This document shows, in pieces, positions 26,700 through 36,800 of a stretch of 64,000 nucleotides of DNA. This DNA is from an uncultured bacterium (GTDB lineage Bacteria > Bacteroidota > Ignavibacteria > OLB7). Made by a program: the position numbers and the translations under genes. The stretch covers positions 54,120 to 118,119 of the forward strand of contig CBINGZ010000009.1 of assembly GCA_966250335.1 (NCBI GenBank), given 5' to 3'. How positions within the stretch are numbered: position 1 is the stretch's first letter; the number at the start of each line of letters is the position of its first letter. The notes beneath the pieces are model-generated. The model saw only the letters and a program-made list of their open reading frames with translations, had not been told where the DNA came from and did not search any database.

Positions 26700-28487
26700 A
26701 TGAAGAGAGCGATAGCCTTTCCGATTCTCGCACTGCTGGTGATCGCCCTTACGGCGGCCGCGAACTATGCGGTCTATCAGGCCGGGTACGAGTGGTTCGT
26801 GCAGCGCCCCTCCATGTTCACGGTGACCCGGAACACTGCGGCGGTCGCCGTTGCGCTCCTCGTGGGGTGGCTGATGATCCCCTCCGGGGGACGGCGCCGC
26901 AACACCGAGGCGGTGATGCTGATCGCCGGGGCGCTCTTCGGGATCGGCCTGGCCGTGCAGTTCAGGCTGGGACACGACGCCCCGCGCCAGCTCTCCAACG
27001 ATGAGATCGACGCGATCCGCGACTCCGTGACCGCATCGATGCCGGACGTTCCGATCGACTCGGCCCGCAGGGTCGCCACCGCCGTCGTGCGGCGAGAGAA
27101 CGCGATACTCCGGCGGGACTTCGAGGCCGCGAGAGTCGACACCCGGCTGGCCCAGGCGCTGAAGGCGGAGTACGGCGAGACCGAGATGACCCGGCGGATT
27201 CTGGAGAACAGGGAGGAGGCGGTCACCGACAATCCCTTCATCCGTCTCCTTCCCGTCTTCGTCTTCATCGGGGTCGTGGCTCTTTTCGCGCGCTCCAATC
27301 TTCCCCTGATTCTTTCGGCCAGATGGCGGCTCATCGGGTTCTACGGGAGTCTGCTTCTCTGCGTCGGGGTCTTCTTCTATCTCTCCGGGGCGGGCGGCAT
27401 CCGTGGGGCGAACTTCGCGCCGCAGGAGCTGCTGAAGCTCGCCGTTCCGATCGGCTGGGCCGGGTTCCTGATCCACTACCGCGATGCGCTCCGCTCCGGC
27501 TCGCGCGAGATCTTCACCCGGAACCCGATGGCGATCTGGCTCTACGTCCTGGCGCTCCTCACCTTCCCGCTGATTATCTTTATCGTGATGAGAGATTTCG
27601 GTCAGTTCCTCACGATCGGGATCGCGCAGGTGCTCCTTCTTGCCTACTTCACCCGGAGCGCTCTTTATATCGTGATGGCGCTTGCGGCGCTGCTGGTGAC
27701 GGCGGTGGTCGTGATGGGGGGATCGCCCGTCGGCGGAACAACGCCGCTGACGCTGCTGGCGATCCTGGTGGCGGCCGTGCTGATCATCGCGTGGCTGGAA
27801 CGCTTCCGCCGTCGCGACGTCCTCTGGACCTCCGGCGCGCTGGTGCTGGCCGGATACACGGTCGTCGCGTTCCTGGCGGCCCAGCTTCCGTTCGTGCGCC
27901 AGGCGATGGAGACGCCGAGGGAGAGATTCCTCCTCTGGGCCGATCTCTTCAACCGCCACGGCGACTCCGGATGGTGGGACAGATCGCGGCAGGTGATAGA
28001 ATCGCTCTACGCCTTCGACGCCGGCGGCCTGCCGGGACGCGGCCTGGGGCACGGCACGCCGTTCCTGATCCCGAAGGCGAGCTCCGATTTCATCTTCGCC
28101 GCGATCGGCGAGGAACTCGGGATCATCGGCGCGGGACTGATCGTCCTGGCGTTCGTGTCGCTGGCGGTGATCGGGCTGAGAACGGCGAAGGAGATAGGTG
28201 AGGACTCGTTCGCCGGTCTCCTCGTGACGGGATATATCCTTCTTCTCTCCTCCCAGGCGTTCGTCCATATCGCCGGCACCATGAACATCCTCCCGATGAC
28301 CGGCATCACCCTGCCGCTCGTCTCCAGCGGAGCAAGCTCGCTGCTGGTGATGTGGGCCCTGGTCGGCGCCGTCGTCGGCCTCGGATCACGGAGCCGCATC
28401 GCGATGGAAGGGGTCGCAATCCGCCGCGACCTCCAGTCGAAGAAAAGCGGCGGCGTCACCGAATGGGGAAGAACCGACGAAGGCTGA
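26700..28487 (+). CDS. SEDS-family peptidoglycan polymerase (FtsW/RodA/SpoVE), unusually long (595 aa)
   Basis: SDFIFAAIGEELGIIGAGLIVLAFVSLAVIGLR and HIAGTMNILPMTGITLPLVSSGASSLL are hallmark SEDS blocks. Multiple TM helices. An extra hydrophilic ~100-aa segment (DEIDAIRDSV...ENREEAVTDN) lies near the N-terminus. Confidence 0.9.
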   Translation: MKRAIAFPILALLVIALTAAANYAVYQAGYEWFVQRPSMFTVTRNTAAVAVALLVGWLMIPSGGRRRNTEAVMLIAGALFGIGLAVQFRLGHDAPRQLSNDEIDAIRDSVTASMPDVPIDSARRVATAVVRRENAILRRDFEAARVDTRLAQALKAEYGETEMTRRILENREEAVTDNPFIRLLPVFVFIGVVALFARSNLPLILSARWRLIGFYGSLLLCVGVFFYLSGAGGIRGANFAPQELLKLAVPIGWAGFLIHYRDALRSGSREIFTRNPMAIWLYVLALLTFPLIIFIVMRDFGQFLTIGIAQVLLLAYFTRSALYIVMALAALLVTAVVVMGGSPVGGTTPLTLLAILVAAVLIIAWLERFRRRDVLWTSGALVLAGYTVVAFLAAQLPFVRQAMETPRERFLLWADLFNRHGDSGWWDRSRQVIESLYAFDAGGLPGRGLGHGTPFLIPKASSDFIFAAIGEELGIIGAGLIVLAFVSLAVIGLRTAKEIGEDSFAGLLVTGYILLLSSQAFVHIAGTMNILPMTGITLPLVSSGASSLLVMWALVGAVVGLGSRSRIAMEGVAIRRDLQSKKSGGVTEWGRTDEG

Positions 28488-28520
28488 TCGGCTCCCGCAG
28501 GGAGCATCCGGACATTGAAC

Positions 28521-28560
28521 GGCCCCGCGATTCCCGGATCTCTCCGGGAGCCGCGGGGCC
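28521..28560. terminator. Nested stem-loop between convergent SEDS and S8-peptidase genes
   Basis: Outer stem GGCCCCGCG / CGCGGGGCC enclosing inner stem CCCGGA-tctc-TCCGGG. Located in the 116-bp convergent gap and followed by ggttcgttc. Confidence 0.6.
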
Positions 28561-28603
28561 GGTTCGTTCATGATCTGCGGCATCGTATGCGGGTTCCGTT
28601 CAT

Positions 28604-31504
28604 CTATCGCTGCACGTTCAACCTCTGCGTCAACCATCGTCCGTCGACCCTGATCCGGATCAGATAGGCTCCGTCCGGGAGCCCGGCGACGGGGATCTCG
28701 GCCCGCGTCTCGCCGGCGCTCGTGACCAGGATCCGCCTTGTCAGTTCGCTCCCCGTCATATCGTAGAGCGTGAGTTCGGCCGGCTCTCCGGCGGTTTCGG
28801 AGGTGAAGAGCGCCGTCGCCGACTCTCTCGCCGGGTTCGGGTAGAGCTTCAGAGCGCCGATCGCTCCGGAGCCTTCATCCTTCCCTTCGGACCCTCTTCC
28901 CTCGGCCTTGCGCGAGCCCCCTTTCCCCGGGGCCGCGAGGAACGGGATGTTGCTCGTCTGCGCCAGGATCCAGTACTCCTCGCTCTCGTGATAGATCGTC
29001 GCGGGATCTGTCGACCAGACCTGGATCCAGTAGTCGTAGTTCTTGAAGTCCGCGCCGTTGACCGTCATGACCTTCTCGCCGATCCCCGCCGGCGGCGATC
29101 CCGGGATGGCGGTGACGTTCCCCCCCGACTTGGCCCGGCGATAGAGGGTCAGCCTGTACGGCTTCGAGTGTTCGTAGAGCACCACCTGCAGGTTGGTCGT
29201 CGTCTCCGTATGCTTGATCTGGAGCCAGTCCTCCTTGTCATTCTTGCAGAGCAGTCCGATATAGTATTCGTTGGTCGGAATCCTCCGCGCCTTGTCGAAG
29301 GTGTTGTCCGGTTCGTACGAACCGCAGTCGACCGTGGTGTAGAAGGCGGCGCCGGGGCTCCAGTCGCTGTAGAGGTTGTTCGAATACTTGGAGCGGACGT
29401 AGCAGGCGTACCGCTGATCCGGCTGCAGAAGGGTGAGGATGACCGATGTCCCGTTCACGGTGCGATATGTCCAGGGGCTGAGCGCCGTCCCGTTCTGCGA
29501 GACACGCGCGGAGATCATCTCGTACTGCGTTACACCGGGAACCTGCGTCCAGTTCAGCTTTGCCGTCGTCGGCGTGATCGTCGAAGCCCAGAGCTCTTCG
29601 GGCTCCACCGGGTTCCCCCCGAAGAACTGAACGAGCGCTGTGTAGGCGCTGAAGGTGTTGCCGTTCCGCGCCCTGATCCGCACCTGATAGTTCGCCTGCT
29701 CCAGATTCTCCAGCTTCGCCTCGTTCAGGGTTACCTGACCGATCGTCGTCCAGCTCGCGGCCCCGACCTTTCTGTACTGCACCTCGTAGGCGGTGGCGCC
29801 CGCCGACCTGGTCCACTTCACCACCGCCGTGTTTCCGGCCTGCGGGGTCTCCGATCTCTTGCGTGTGATCCCGGCCGAAGCGACGGTCACGCCGGTCGGA
29901 GGCATGAGATACTGCGACAGACCGTTGATGCAGATCGAATACGCCTGGCTTCCGCCGCGCAGAGTCCCCTTGCCGGTCACCGTGACCTTGTAGATATGCG
30001 CGAAGGTCCCGAGGAACGAAAGATCGGCCGACTTGAAGTAGATCTGCTCGACGTTGTCGACCTTGTTGTCGTCGTGCTTCGCCTCGGCGGTCGGGCTGGC
30101 CGGGTCGAGCGCGTAGGGGAGGATCGGGAGAACGGACTGCATGCCGTTGATGATCGGGTAGAGCTTCAGGTCGAGGTCGTTGACCAGCATCCGCTTCCTG
30201 TCGTTCAGCGGGAGGTAGGTTCCGATCTTGTCGGCGGGTGTTCCCTCGGGGTCGGTCCATGCGATCGTGATCCTGCCGAACTGGTTGGGGTTGCCCCTCA
30301 CATAGAACTCGACAACTTCATTCTGCGATAGAGTATCCTGCCTGACCGAGAACCCGCCGTTGGTCGTGCTCTGCGTGATCAGGTCGACGGCGGCCTTGAC
30401 GTCGACCTGGCCCCAGCCGTAGAGGTAGTCGGGGCCCGGCCTTCCCAGGTCCTTCGCCGTGTGGATCAGCAGGCCGCGCGCCGTGGAGGCGAGCATGTTC
30501 GGGAAGGGGATCTTCTTCTCCCACTGCTGCTTCATCAGCAGAACGGCTCCCGCCACGGCCGGTGTCGCATACGATGTTCCGTCGACGCTGGAGTCGTACT
30601 GCACCATCGAGCTCGGTTTTCCACAGACGGTGACATCGACTCCGAGGGCCACCACATCGGGCTTGATCCGGCCGTCGTCGGTGGGCCCTGTGCTGCTCTG
30701 GGGCCAGAGAAGACCGTTCCTGTCCACCGCCCCGACCACGATGGCGTTCTTGGCGGTCGCCTGCGACACCAGCACGTCGTAGCCCCCCTCGCCGCCGTTC
30801 TTCGGGTGGAGCGTGCTGCTCCTCACGAAGGTCCCGTCCGATTTCGCCGCGTCGTACTCGGTGCCGGGGGAGGGGGCGAGCCAGCGCTGGTTGCCGGCGG
30901 CCACCACCGGTATCTGGGTGCGATATTTGAAGATCACCGAGTCGAGCTTTTTGGCCCATGTATCGTAGTAGCCGAACGCCCGCTCCTCCGACCCTGCGAC
31001 GTTCAGCTCGTTGAGTCCTTCAAGCGTTCCGGTCCACTGCCACTGGGTGGGGCCGACCTGGCGCCACCCCCGGTTGATGCCGTAGGAGTGACAGCTCACA
31101 TCCCATTCCCATCCCCCCACCTGATCCAGAAACATCTGGATCGAGCCGTCGACGATGAACATATCGCCACGCGATGCGCGAGCGATCCCCCGCGCCCTCG
31201 GGTGCTTCCCCTGCGCCAGGATCAGCCCGGTGACCTGGGTGGGGTGGAGCCCCGTGATGCCGATCGTCGGGGCGGCGTAGACGAAAAGATTCGTGACCCC
31301 CTTGAACTCCGGATGGGTCTTGGTGGGGGAGCGCTGGAACTCGAAGATGCCGACCCGCTGTCCCTCGCCGTTGAGCTTGTACGGGGCGTTCCAGAGCGTG
31401 TGGGCGTTGATCGCCGTCGCATGGTCCGCCGGCTGCGCGGCGGCCTGAAGCGCCGCGAGAGCGCAGAGGCAGAACGTTGAAACGATCCTGTTGTATGCGT
31501 TCAT
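28604..31504 (-). CDS. Secreted subtilisin-like (S8) peptidase with FN3-like modules and T9SS C-terminal sorting domain
   Basis: Signal peptide. S8 motifs GLHPTQVTG (His), VVAAGNQ (oxyanion Asn), DGTSYATPAVAGAVLLM (Ser). Mid-protein FN3-like modules (TAYEVQYRKVGAASWT..., TQYEMISARV...). C-terminal LKLYPNPARESATALF...LTLYDMTGSEL...GAYLIRIRVDGRWLTQRLNVQR is a T9SS CTD. Confidence 0.85.
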   Translation of the reverse strand: MNAYNRIVSTFCLCALAALQAAAQPADHATAINAHTLWNAPYKLNGEGQRVGIFEFQRSPTKTHPEFKGVTNLFVYAAPTIGITGLHPTQVTGLILAQGKHPRARGIARASRGDMFIVDGSIQMFLDQVGGWEWDVSCHSYGINRGWRQVGPTQWQWTGTLEGLNELNVAGSEERAFGYYDTWAKKLDSVIFKYRTQIPVVAAGNQRWLAPSPGTEYDAAKSDGTFVRSSTLHPKNGGEGGYDVLVSQATAKNAIVVGAVDRNGLLWPQSSTGPTDDGRIKPDVVALGVDVTVCGKPSSMVQYDSSVDGTSYATPAVAGAVLLMKQQWEKKIPFPNMLASTARGLLIHTAKDLGRPGPDYLYGWGQVDVKAAVDLITQSTTNGGFSVRQDTLSQNEVVEFYVRGNPNQFGRITIAWTDPEGTPADKIGTYLPLNDRKRMLVNDLDLKLYPIINGMQSVLPILPYALDPASPTAEAKHDDNKVDNVEQIYFKSADLSFLGTFAHIYKVTVTGKGTLRGGSQAYSICINGLSQYLMPPTGVTVASAGITRKRSETPQAGNTAVVKWTRSAGATAYEVQYRKVGAASWTTIGQVTLNEAKLENLEQANYQVRIRARNGNTFSAYTALVQFFGGNPVEPEELWASTITPTTAKLNWTQVPGVTQYEMISARVSQNGTALSPWTYRTVNGTSVILTLLQPDQRYACYVRSKYSNNLYSDWSPGAAFYTTVDCGSYEPDNTFDKARRIPTNEYYIGLLCKNDKEDWLQIKHTETTTNLQVVLYEHSKPYRLTLYRRAKSGGNVTAIPGSPPAGIGEKVMTVNGADFKNYDYWIQVWSTDPATIYHESEEYWILAQTSNIPFLAAPGKGGSRKAEGRGSEGKDEGSGAIGALKLYPNPARESATALFTSETAGEPAELTLYDMTGSELTRRILVTSAGETRAEIPVAGLPDGAYLIRIRVDGRWLTQRLNVQR

Positions 31505-31549
31505 GATATCCGGTATGATATTGTTTGATGGATCGCTGCGCGATGAATG

Positions 31550-33349
31550 TTATCTGATGACGGTGATCATCTTCGTGGTGCTGAGGGTTCCGGTCGTGAT
31601 CCGGCAGCAGTAGATCCCGGCGGCCACGCCGTTCAGGGGGATCGTCAGTCCGGTCGAACCGGCGCTCCGGCCGGTGAAGGTTCCTCCGGTCACGCGGTTC
31701 CCGGCCAGGTCGTAGAGCTCGATCAGCACCTCGGCCGACTCGCCGCAGTGGACCTGCACCGTCATATCGTATGCCGCCGGAATCGGATAGATCTTCGCCG
31801 CCGGCGGCGCCGCCGGAGCCTCCGTCTCCACGTCCGACGTCCCCGCCTCCGTGGTGAAGCTCCAGACGTCCGACCAGGCGCTCGGCCCGCTCTCGTTCAG
31901 CGCCCGCACCCGCCAGCGGTAGGTCGTTCCCTTCTCCAGATCGGCGGCGACGGCCGTCGGCTCCAGCGCGGCAAGCCGGGTCGATTCCTCCCCGAAGCTC
32001 TCATCGGGAGATATTTCGACGATGTAGGAGGTGGCGTTCTTCGCCCTCTCCCAGACCAGCTCCGTCGGGAGCGTCGCGTCGCCGGAGGCATCGGCCGGGG
32101 AGATCAGGAGCGGCTTCGACGGAGTCTCCGCCTGCGCCGTCTTCGTGCTGAAGCTGAAGGGACGCGACCAGGCGCTCTCGCCGACGCCGTTCTCCGCGCG
32201 GACCCGCCAGTGATAGGTCGAATCGAGGGTCAGTCCGGAGATCTCGTAGGAGGCGGTCGTCGTCCTCCCGCCGCCGGTCAGGAGGGCGAACTCCGGGTCG
32301 TGGGAGAGCTGGAGGGTGTAGCCCGTCGCGTCGGGGATGCTGTCCCAGGAGAGCATCACCGTTTCCGGGATGTAGGTCGCCCCGTTCGCCGGCAGCAGAA
32401 GCTGCGGCGCGACCGGGCCGGAGGGCTTCGGCGGGGCTGTCGAGAAGCTGAACTCCTTTGTCCACTCGCTTCTGCTCTCGTCGCCGGAGCTTCGCACGCG
32501 CCAGAAGTAGGTCTCTCCCGGCGTGAGGTTCACCGCGTCGAACGCCGTCGAGTCGAGATCGGCCGCCGCGGCCACGAGCTCGGTGAAGTCGTTCGTTCGC
32601 GCGACCTCGACGTCGTACCGGACCTTCATGGCGGCCGTTCCGCTCCAGATCAGCGCCACGTCGCCGGGGAGCGAGGCGGCGCCGTCGGCGGGGGAGATGA
32701 GAACCGGAGTCGGGAGGGGCGCGGGGGCCGGCCATGCCGTCGTGAAGGTGAACCAGCGCGACCAGACGCCGGGGGCGGCCGCGCCGACCAGCCGGGCCCG
32801 CCAGAAGTACTGCGTCCCCTGCTTCAGCCCGGTCAGGAGCTTCTCAGGCATGGTGGTCTGCGCCCGTTCGGAAGGTCTGAACTCCCCGTTCTCCGCCCAT
32901 TCCACCTCATAATCTCCCGCCCCCGCGATCGCCGTCCATTCCAGCTTCACGGCTCCCTCCATGTCGGTCGTCCCGTCCGCCGGGAGAAGGAGCTGGGGGA
33001 TGCCGGTCGAGGGGCGGGTCGTAAAGGTGTTGACCGCCGACCAGGGGGTGGGATTTCCGAGAGGATCGAGACCCCTGACCCGCCAGTGGTAGCTCTTCTG
33101 GAAGAGGAGATTCGTGAAGCCGGCGGTCGACTCGCCGACCGTCGCCTCTTCGTACTCGGTGAAGTCGTCGGTCATGGAGAGATGGACCTCGTAGGCGCTC
33201 GCCGTTGAAAGGGGGCGCCAGGAGAGGGTGACGTCGATCGGCTGATCGGTCGCTCCGTTCGGGGGAGCGTTCGGGACCGGCTGTGCCGCCAGGCTGCCCG
33301 CCACCAGCAGCGCCAGCCCTGCAATCGTGAGGATGTTCCTGTTCGTCAT
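31550..33349 (-). CDS. Secreted protein of five tandem FN3-like modules plus T9SS C-terminal sorting domain
   Basis: Signal peptide MTNRNILTIAGLALLVAGSLAAQ, then five ~95-aa modules sharing P-x-(D/N)G...L-x-W...Y-(E/D)-V...T-Y-(H/F)-W-R-V-R...W-S...F-(S/T)-F-(S/T)-T. The CTD is KIYPIPAAYDMTVQV...LYDLAGNRV...GIYCCRITTGTLSTTKMITVIR. Confidence 0.85.
   Translation of the reverse strand: MTNRNILTIAGLALLVAGSLAAQPVPNAPPNGATDQPIDVTLSWRPLSTASAYEVHLSMTDDFTEYEEATVGESTAGFTNLLFQKSYHWRVRGLDPLGNPTPWSAVNTFTTRPSTGIPQLLLPADGTTDMEGAVKLEWTAIAGAGDYEVEWAENGEFRPSERAQTTMPEKLLTGLKQGTQYFWRARLVGAAAPGVWSRWFTFTTAWPAPAPLPTPVLISPADGAASLPGDVALIWSGTAAMKVRYDVEVARTNDFTELVAAAADLDSTAFDAVNLTPGETYFWRVRSSGDESRSEWTKEFSFSTAPPKPSGPVAPQLLLPANGATYIPETVMLSWDSIPDATGYTLQLSHDPEFALLTGGGRTTTASYEISGLTLDSTYHWRVRAENGVGESAWSRPFSFSTKTAQAETPSKPLLISPADASGDATLPTELVWERAKNATSYIVEISPDESFGEESTRLAALEPTAVAADLEKGTTYRWRVRALNESGPSAWSDVWSFTTEAGTSDVETEAPAAPPAAKIYPIPAAYDMTVQVHCGESAEVLIELYDLAGNRVTGGTFTGRSAGSTGLTIPLNGVAAGIYCCRITTGTLSTTKMITVIR
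31850..33280 (-). repeat. Five tandem ~285-bp coding repeats (FN3-like modules); boundaries approximate
   Basis: Protein-level periodicity as listed for CDS 31550-33349. The modules are diverged at nucleotide level. Confidence 0.6.
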
Positions 33350-33421
33350 GTCTCGTATCTCGGAATGTTGTTGAGGTCGATTGAAGCGTTCGTTGAAGGT
33401 CGTTTGGTCGGTTGCGGCCCC

Positions 33422-33664
33422 TTATCCGCTCCCGTTCCGGGGGATCTGCGAGCCGGGCGTGCGGGGCGATCCAAGGGAGGCGCCGCACCTGGAGCAGAAG
33501 AAGGCGATGGCGTGGCGGATCATCTCTCCGCAGGTTCCGCAGCGGCGCACCAGCGGCGAGCCGCAGTTGGGGCAGAATCTATCCTCGTCGTAGCCGGCGG
33601 TCCGGCAGAGAGGACAGTGGGGGACTGTCCCGAGGTACGGGGGGGCTGTCAGCGGAGTGTTCAT
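33422..33664 (-). CDS. Double zinc-ribbon mini-protein (80 aa)
   Basis: MNTPLTAPPYLGTVPHCPLCRTAGYDEDRFCPNCGSPLVRRCGTCGEMIRHAIAFFCSRCGASL has four CxxC pairs. Only the last 80 codons of track ORF 33422-34630 are credible, because the remainder is antisense to the regulator gene. Confidence 0.6.
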   Translation of the reverse strand: MNTPLTAPPYLGTVPHCPLCRTAGYDEDRFCPNCGSPLVRRCGTCGEMIRHAIAFFCSRCGASLGSPRTPGSQIPRNGSG

Positions 33665-33827
33665 GGTTCGACGCCGGTCCTTGTTTTCGCCTGCCGCGCT
33701 ATCTTGTCCGCGGCTGTCATCGTTCTTCAAGGTATTCCCGACCGGGGACAAAAGCCGGCGACGGCGGGGACAGTTCGTCGAAATCGCGCGGAGAACCGAC
33801 TTCGCCCCCTTTTTTCTCCTCAAGCTC

Positions 33828-36800
33828 ATGTCGTCCACACCTCTTTTCATCGAGTTCCTGAACCACGGGACCCTTCCGTTCGTGGGGCGCAGGGCCGAGC
33901 GCGACAGGATCGTCGCCTTCTGGCGGGGAGCGCCGGAATCGCACGGGCTGCGCGCGTTCCTGGTGATCGGCGAGGCGGGGTCGGGGAAGAGCAGGCTTCT
34001 GGATGAGACCTTCCCGGCGGTCATGGCCGCCGGCGGCGCGGTGGTGCATGTCAGGCTTCGTCCGGAGGGAGCGGTCTCGATCGCCCCTCTTCTGGCGCAG
34101 GGACTCTGGCGCTCGGAGATCGGCAGGCAGATCCTCCGGCAGCCCCCCGACGAAAGCCTTCCGGCGGTCATCGCCCTCCTCAGAAGGCTCTGCGGCCTGC
34201 GGCGCGTGCTCCTGGTGATCGAGGATATCCATCTGCTGGAAGGGGCGACGCTCCGCGAGTTCGCTCTTCTCGTCGAGGCACTTGCCGATGAACATCTGGC
34301 GCTTCTTGCCGCCGCCCGTCCCGTGGAGATCGCGGCGCGGGGGACGCTGGAGAGCCGTCCGACCGAGGAGATGCGGCTGGGGACATTGACCGGGGAGGAG
34401 ATCGGCGAGATGTGGAGCGGTATCTTCGGCGGCGTTCCGGAACCGGCCATCGTCACGGCTCTGCTGGACGCCACGCGCGGGAACGCTCTGGCGCTCCGTT
34501 CGGTCCTCCGGGGCGCCATCAACGCGGGGGCGATCGGTCCGGAACGTGACGGCGGGTGGCGGGTGCAGGTCTCCCGGGGGGCCTTCGCCGAGCTTGCGGG
34601 GCGGAACGCCCGGCAGCTCACGCTCGGCATGACGAGTCATCTTGGAGATGAGGAACGGAGGGTCGCGGCCCTTCTCTCGGCGCTCGGGGAGGTCTTCTCG
34701 CGCGAGGCGGCGGCGAAACTGATCCCGGACGGGGAGGAAGCTCTTCTCGATTCGCTCCTCTTCCGCGGCGTGCTGGTCCGCTCGACGACGGCGGCCAGCT
34801 CGATCAACGGCGCGCGGAGCGACGGGATGCTTCTCGCCTTCACCCATTCCCTTCTCCATAAAACCTTCGCCGAATCGACCGACCACGACGTCGACCGGCT
34901 GGTCCGGACCGTGCTGTCGCGCGCCCCCCTCTATTCGGTGCTGCCGTTCCAGATCATCGCGGGGTCGGCGGGAGCCTTCACCGGCACGCAGGAGGAGATC
35001 GGGGACGCCATCCAGCTCGCCTACGAGATCACGCGCCACCTGAGCCCCACCCCCGACTGGCAGCTCGTGCGGGAGGCATGGCGCGCCGCCGAACGTCTCA
35101 CCGCGATACATGCCGGAAGATCCGATCCCGCCGCCGTCCGTGAGTACAGCATCCGGCTCATCCATCTCGAGATCTACCTGATCAACAGGGGGCGGAACTT
35201 CGATCCCCTCTCGATCAAGACGATCAAGGAGGCGGCCGGACGACTGATGGAGCTGACCGAGGAGCCGCTGCCGGAGCATCTTCGCCCCGGCCGACTCCAT
35301 GCCCTCGCCTACGCCTACGACATTCATGTCGATGAAACCCAGAAGCCGAGCCCCGAGATCTGGGATCGGGCCGAGGCGCTCCTCGAGCTCGATCCGTCGC
35401 TGATCGTCACCGCCGGCTATCTCAACTTCCTCAGCTTCACGGCGAACGTGACCGAACTGATTCGCAAGGAGGATCACTTCGGGATACTTCGGCAGGTCGA
35501 ATCGCGTTACGAGATGCTGATCGCATGGCCCGACGCGGGCCCGGCCGTCATCCACGAGGCCAGAACCAAGATCGGCTCCCATCTGCTGCAGCTTTATGAA
35601 TCGGAGGAGGAGGTGCTCCGGAGGAAGCGGGAGGCCGTCGCCCTGCTGGAGATCGCCGCCCCCTTCGACTGGCTGGCGCAGTTCAGGGTGATCGAACTGC
35701 ATGTCCATACGCTCGACATCCCCTTCGTCGACCCGATCGTCGACGCCGCCGCCGAGGCGATGCGGAAGCTCGGGGTGATGACCACCTATTTCATCACCCG
35801 TCGCGTCCGGATGGTGCTGGACGGCGCCCGGGGAGAACCGTGGCGGGAGATCGCCGCCGCCGCGCGCGCCCTGGTCGAGACCTGCGTCTACTCCTTCAAG
35901 CCGAGCTTCACGGTCGGCCTGACCGCCGAACTGCTGACGGCCGCGCTCCTCCGGAACGAGATGGAGTGGGTCGACGCGATCATGGAGGAGTATGAGGCGA
36001 GCATCGCCAATCCGATGTTTCCCTTCTGCGAGCTGCTTCTGGCGGCGATCGTCCGGGACCGGCTCCCGTGGGCGTGCGGGATCGTGGTCCGTCACCATGC
36101 GTCGCCGACCGACTGGCTCTACCGCTCGGGACGGAACGACGATCTGGTGGTGCGGATGGCTCTTGCCGCGACCGGCGGGTCGGACCCCGATGGGGCAGAG
36201 GCCGCGATCGCCGATGCGCTCGTCGTGCTCCGGAAGCCGATTCTCAACTACTACGATATTCTTACCGCCCGATGCCTGATCGGGCTCGTTGAATCTATCT
36301 GGAAACGATATCCCGATTCGATCTCCCGGGAATCTCGCGAAACGATCGGATCGTGCGTGGAGGCGATCGTGCTCTGGCTCCATGAGCGAAGGATCGGAGC
36401 GTATATGATCCCGACCCTCGATCTCTGCGGCCGATATCTTCCCCCCGAACAGCTCGAGATATGGCGCGGGCTCGCGAAGGATCTGGAAGGAGCCTGGAGC
36501 GTGACGAACGACGAGCCGGAGCTGAAGGGGGAGAGCCGTCTGACGGTGACGATGCTCGGGGCGATTCAGACGATCCGGCCGGGAGAGGAGCCGCAACGCC
36601 TGCGGGGGGCGCGTCATCAGGCGCTGCTCGGGTTGCTGGTGGCGCAGGCGCTCCTGAAGAAGAAGCTCCAGCGCGCCGAGTTCCTGGCCCTCGCCTCGGG
36701 TGAGATCGATGATCCGGAGAAGGCGCGGCAGTGGACGAACAAGGCGGTGCTCCGGCTTCGCGAGGCGATCGGCAACGAGGCGATCGTCACCGGAGGGGAG

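Noticed and set aside
33665-34630. Upstream 322 codons of track ORF 33422-34630 (-)
   Set aside because: This part is antisense to regulator copy 1 and is Ser/Arg/Ala/Pro-rich. Only the terminal 80 codons (the zinc ribbon, outside the regulator CDS) look genuine.
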